Assembly (NCBI GenBank): GCA_964187785.1
Contig: OZ076409.1
Location: 9,488,001 to 9,552,000, forward strand
Length of the DNA: 64,000 nucleotides
DNA from: Amphiscolops sp. MND2022
Lineage: Eukaryota
Reading direction: 5' to 3'
This document shows positions 61,082-64,000 of this stretch, piece by piece. How positions within the stretch are numbered: the stretch's first letter is position 1; each line of letters opens with the position of its first letter. Under the pieces are notes generated by a model, which did no database searches, was not told where the DNA came from, and saw only the letters and a program-made list of their open reading frames with translations. The translations under genes and the position numbers were made by a program.

Positions 61082-61489
61082 TGGAGGTGTGCACCGGACA
61101 GGAAACTTTCCGTCCGGCCGGACAACCGGACATGTCTGATTGAAGCCGGATACCGGCCGGACCAGACATTTTTTCAACTATAAGCGATGAAGGGCTGTTT
61201 TCAGAATTGGACAATGAGGATTACGAAAAACGAAGCAGGCTTTTACCACAGAGCGGTGAAAAACTATTTTCCCTCCGTCATAATTTAATGAATTTTGATT
61301 CACAGTCCCAAACTCAATATTTCGATGCACATACACTTTTTCTAAGTTAAATATTCCGATTATTTAGGAATATTATTTCAAGATAATATCCGGCCGGACA
61401 TTGTAAAAAGTCCGGCCGGATACCGGACAGGACATTTTCCTGAAATCCGGCCGGATACCGGACCGGACTTGTTGTCCGGTACACCTCTA
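61082..61489. mobile_element. MITE-like non-autonomous DNA transposon with CCGG-rich subterminal repeats
   Basis: Imperfect TIRs TGGAGGTGTGCACCGGACA / TGTCCGGTACACCTCTA and clustered CCGGATACCGG(C)CGGAC motifs at both ends; no TSD found. Confidence 0.65.
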
Positions 61490-61784
61490 GTCGTGAACGT
61501 ATGATGTGTGACCGTTCTTTGGCTTGGAAGAAAAGATGCTAATTTGAATGATTGACCTCAGTGTTCAAAGTTGCTTTCAAACGTTTGTTAACAACTATTT
61601 GCGATTTTGAGTTGAAAATTTTTTATGCATTTCAATTTTTTGTTCACCCAGTAAAACAAGGCAGTGAAACAAACTTTGAAAACATTTTAAGTTAAAGAGC
61701 ATTTTACTGAACTAAGAAAGTAATCAAACTACAACAGTCTTCTATTGAAAGAAAATATTGTTCCGGAGTTGACGATTAAAAGCC

Positions 61785-62095
61785 TCAAAAGTACTTGGAA
61801 TTTGAATTGGAAGTCAGTAAGAACTCCTCTCCAGTTTTCTGTCGACTAAAACGGCTCGAGACAACGTAATACGTCATTCCAACGATGTAATAAATCGCAG
61901 CTGCTATCACCGAATAAAGGTAGACCATGCTTTGTACCCCTTCTTTGATGATACAAGCATACACCAGGAGACATAGCAAGATGCAAATTACAGCACCCGG
62001 CAGTCCGAAAGGGGAGTGGTAAGTATCAGGGTTCAGTTTCTTTGCCTTCAGCACTATATAGGACACGCATTGAAGTATGTACGAAATCAGGGCGC
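61785..62095 (-). CDS. Terminal exon of a host APC-superfamily amino-acid permease
   Basis: TTTCAG acceptor at 62096, then (G)ALISYILQCVSYIVLK...YHSPFGLPGAVICILLCLL...AAAIYYIVGMTYY. The last hydrophobic helices and the Y.SP.G..GA loop are typical of APC permease C-termini; upstream exons were not seen. Confidence 0.7.
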
Positions 62096-63116
62096 CTGAA
62101 ACACATCAAACATTGATTGTGGTGAGCTATTGAAAACAGTGAGACCATTATTGTGTTATTTTGTTCTCAATTTCTGATTGTTGTTGATACGGAAAAGACG
62201 TTTTCCCCCGAATCGTTTCACTTATTTCATTTTTGCCAGTCACAACATTGCTGACTTCGAACTTCACATTCGTCAAAGTTGTCAAGAAAAGTAAAGATTG
62301 TGATTTTAACGAAGGTTGCAGCTAATCAGCAAATTCAAGGAATTGATCGAATTGTTTTGGTGGATGCCTTTTTGATTTCGAACTAACTATTTTCCACTTT
62401 CATTTTCAACTTTTAAATTTTTATTGCTAATCTGGATCATATGAACAAAAGAATAAGCTCCTCCTCCACCCCCGAGCGTACTGGTCTTCAGATGGTGCCA
62501 CTTGGGTGGTCCATGATTCAAAAGGTGAGAAACCCTAGTTGAGACCACAGGAACTTTTTATATGCTGCAGTCCTGCATACATGGTAATTTTTTATTAAAA
62601 CCTTTTTTCATCGGAATTTTTCATCAGCGACCCGACCACATTGTATTTACACTTTGGTTTCTCAACTACTCATCTGATGTGATCACCGCTTCTCAAATAG
62701 AACGCTAATTTGCAGTTTATTAGGTGACTGAAGTAATTTTGCATTAAAATGGCTGTTAAACTGAGAGCAATTTATTTGCTCCTGAAATTAGAACTGCTTC
62801 TTAATGAAACATGCAAAACTTTAGGGCGTAAAATTAAAAAACCGCCAAAACGTTGATGAATCTTTTAACTTAAAAGTTTAGTAAACAGCTTGATAAAAGT
62901 CGAATACAACAGGTAAATATTTTCTCATGAAAGTTTCCGTAAGAGTTTTAGAAAATCATAATAAAAATTGCTGGCAACAATAAAGTACATGCAAAACGTT
63001 CAAGAAGTTTCAACAAGGGAATACAATCAGAGGTGGTAATTGAAACAGGTCGTTTTCATTGAGCGCGTCAGAATGTACATGAGTATCTGACCGAGATATT
63101 TAGATATGACGTGATA

Positions 63117-63857
63117 TCCGGGTTTCCCGACCAGGTTGATCATACTCTGATCCTATATTTTTTCTATGATCTTACCATGATCAATCTGGAATCATATATG
63201 GTCAACCTGCGACCATAAACTTCTGAAAGTTCTGAAAAAGTCTGAAATCATAAATGGTCCAGACTATGATCAAACTGAAATCATGCCGTGACACGCACGA
63301 GTTGCCGTGACACGCACGAGTTGCCGTGACACGTATGAATTGCCGTGACACGCAATTTAGGGAAACATTTTCTGACATTGAGAAACGCCAGCTTTATCGG
63401 CTGAATGCACAACCGTCAACAGAGCCACGTTCGACCTTTTGTATCTCCGAACGATACATGGCAGGTCTCTTCTCAGTAACTTTGATGATGATTTCTACTT
63501 GTTTTGTGATTGTATTGGCACTTTGGCTCGGGAATGTCTAGTATTTTCCTCAGTATATGCGTTAATTGACTACGTTATCCTAGTTTTCTTTTTATGGCTC
63601 CAGGTCGACCATACTCTGGACCATATAATATGATCCAGTATATGGTGAGTCTGTATTGTTTAATGAAATTATGTTGATCATAATATGGGCCATATATGGA
63701 AACAGGTTAATCATAAACTCAATCATATATTGTCCAGAGTATGATCAGCATGGAAGCATAAATTTTTACTGTACAGTGCATGATCAGCCTGGAATCAACT
63801 TTTCTTCATCATGACTAATTTTGATCAACCTCTTTTTGTATGGGAGGGAAACCCGGG
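63117..63857. mobile_element. MITE-like element within the permease intron
   Basis: TIRs TCCGGGTTTCCCGACC / GGGAGGGAAACCCGGG, repeated subterminal TGATCA motifs, and an internal 19-bp tandem GCCGTGACACGCACGAGTT (about 4 copies, 63285-63355). Confidence 0.65.
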
Positions 63858-64000
63858 AACACATGCCAGAAGTGTCTTGGAAATTCTGATAATTATCGAC
63901 CCAATTAACTTTATGGGGGGCTGTTCGTCAGCAGGTGTAACAGGGGGGGTGTTTCATAAGGCTATGGCGGGAGTAGGTAGGGTTGCCATTCCTGATATCC

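Overview
Eukaryotic, AT-rich, transposon-dominated window with spliceosomal introns and no prokaryotic gene organisation. It contains four Ty3/Gypsy-type LTR elements. (A) The 3' part of a plus-strand element at 1-5418 (boundaries inferred). (B) A complete 18.4-kb minus-strand element at 5441-23833 with 1.8-2.2 kb LTRs, an ATATA target-site duplication (TSD), and a gag frame that starts inside the LTR. (C) A decayed minus-strand element at about 24850-30020. (D) A complete 18.1-kb plus-strand endogenous retrovirus-like element at 30901-48973 with 269-bp LTRs, a CTGC TSD, gag-pol, a class III (herpes gB/chuvirus G-like) env and extra ORFs. The remainder holds a tRNA-derived SINE, a nested tandem duplication, LINE fragments, two MITEs and the last exon of a host amino-acid permease. 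Main observation: A and B each encode a homologous, intron-containing, antisense BED-type zinc-finger protein (in B about 1000 aa, resembling a catalytically dead hAT transposase). Each element also carries its own helically phased bipartite DNA motif in its non-coding regions (B: GATG-N7-GATG; A: TATGCGG-N3-TATGCGG). This is consistent with an element-encoded self-recognition system (anti-silencing or trans-activation), but the function is inference only. All alignments and counts were done by eye.
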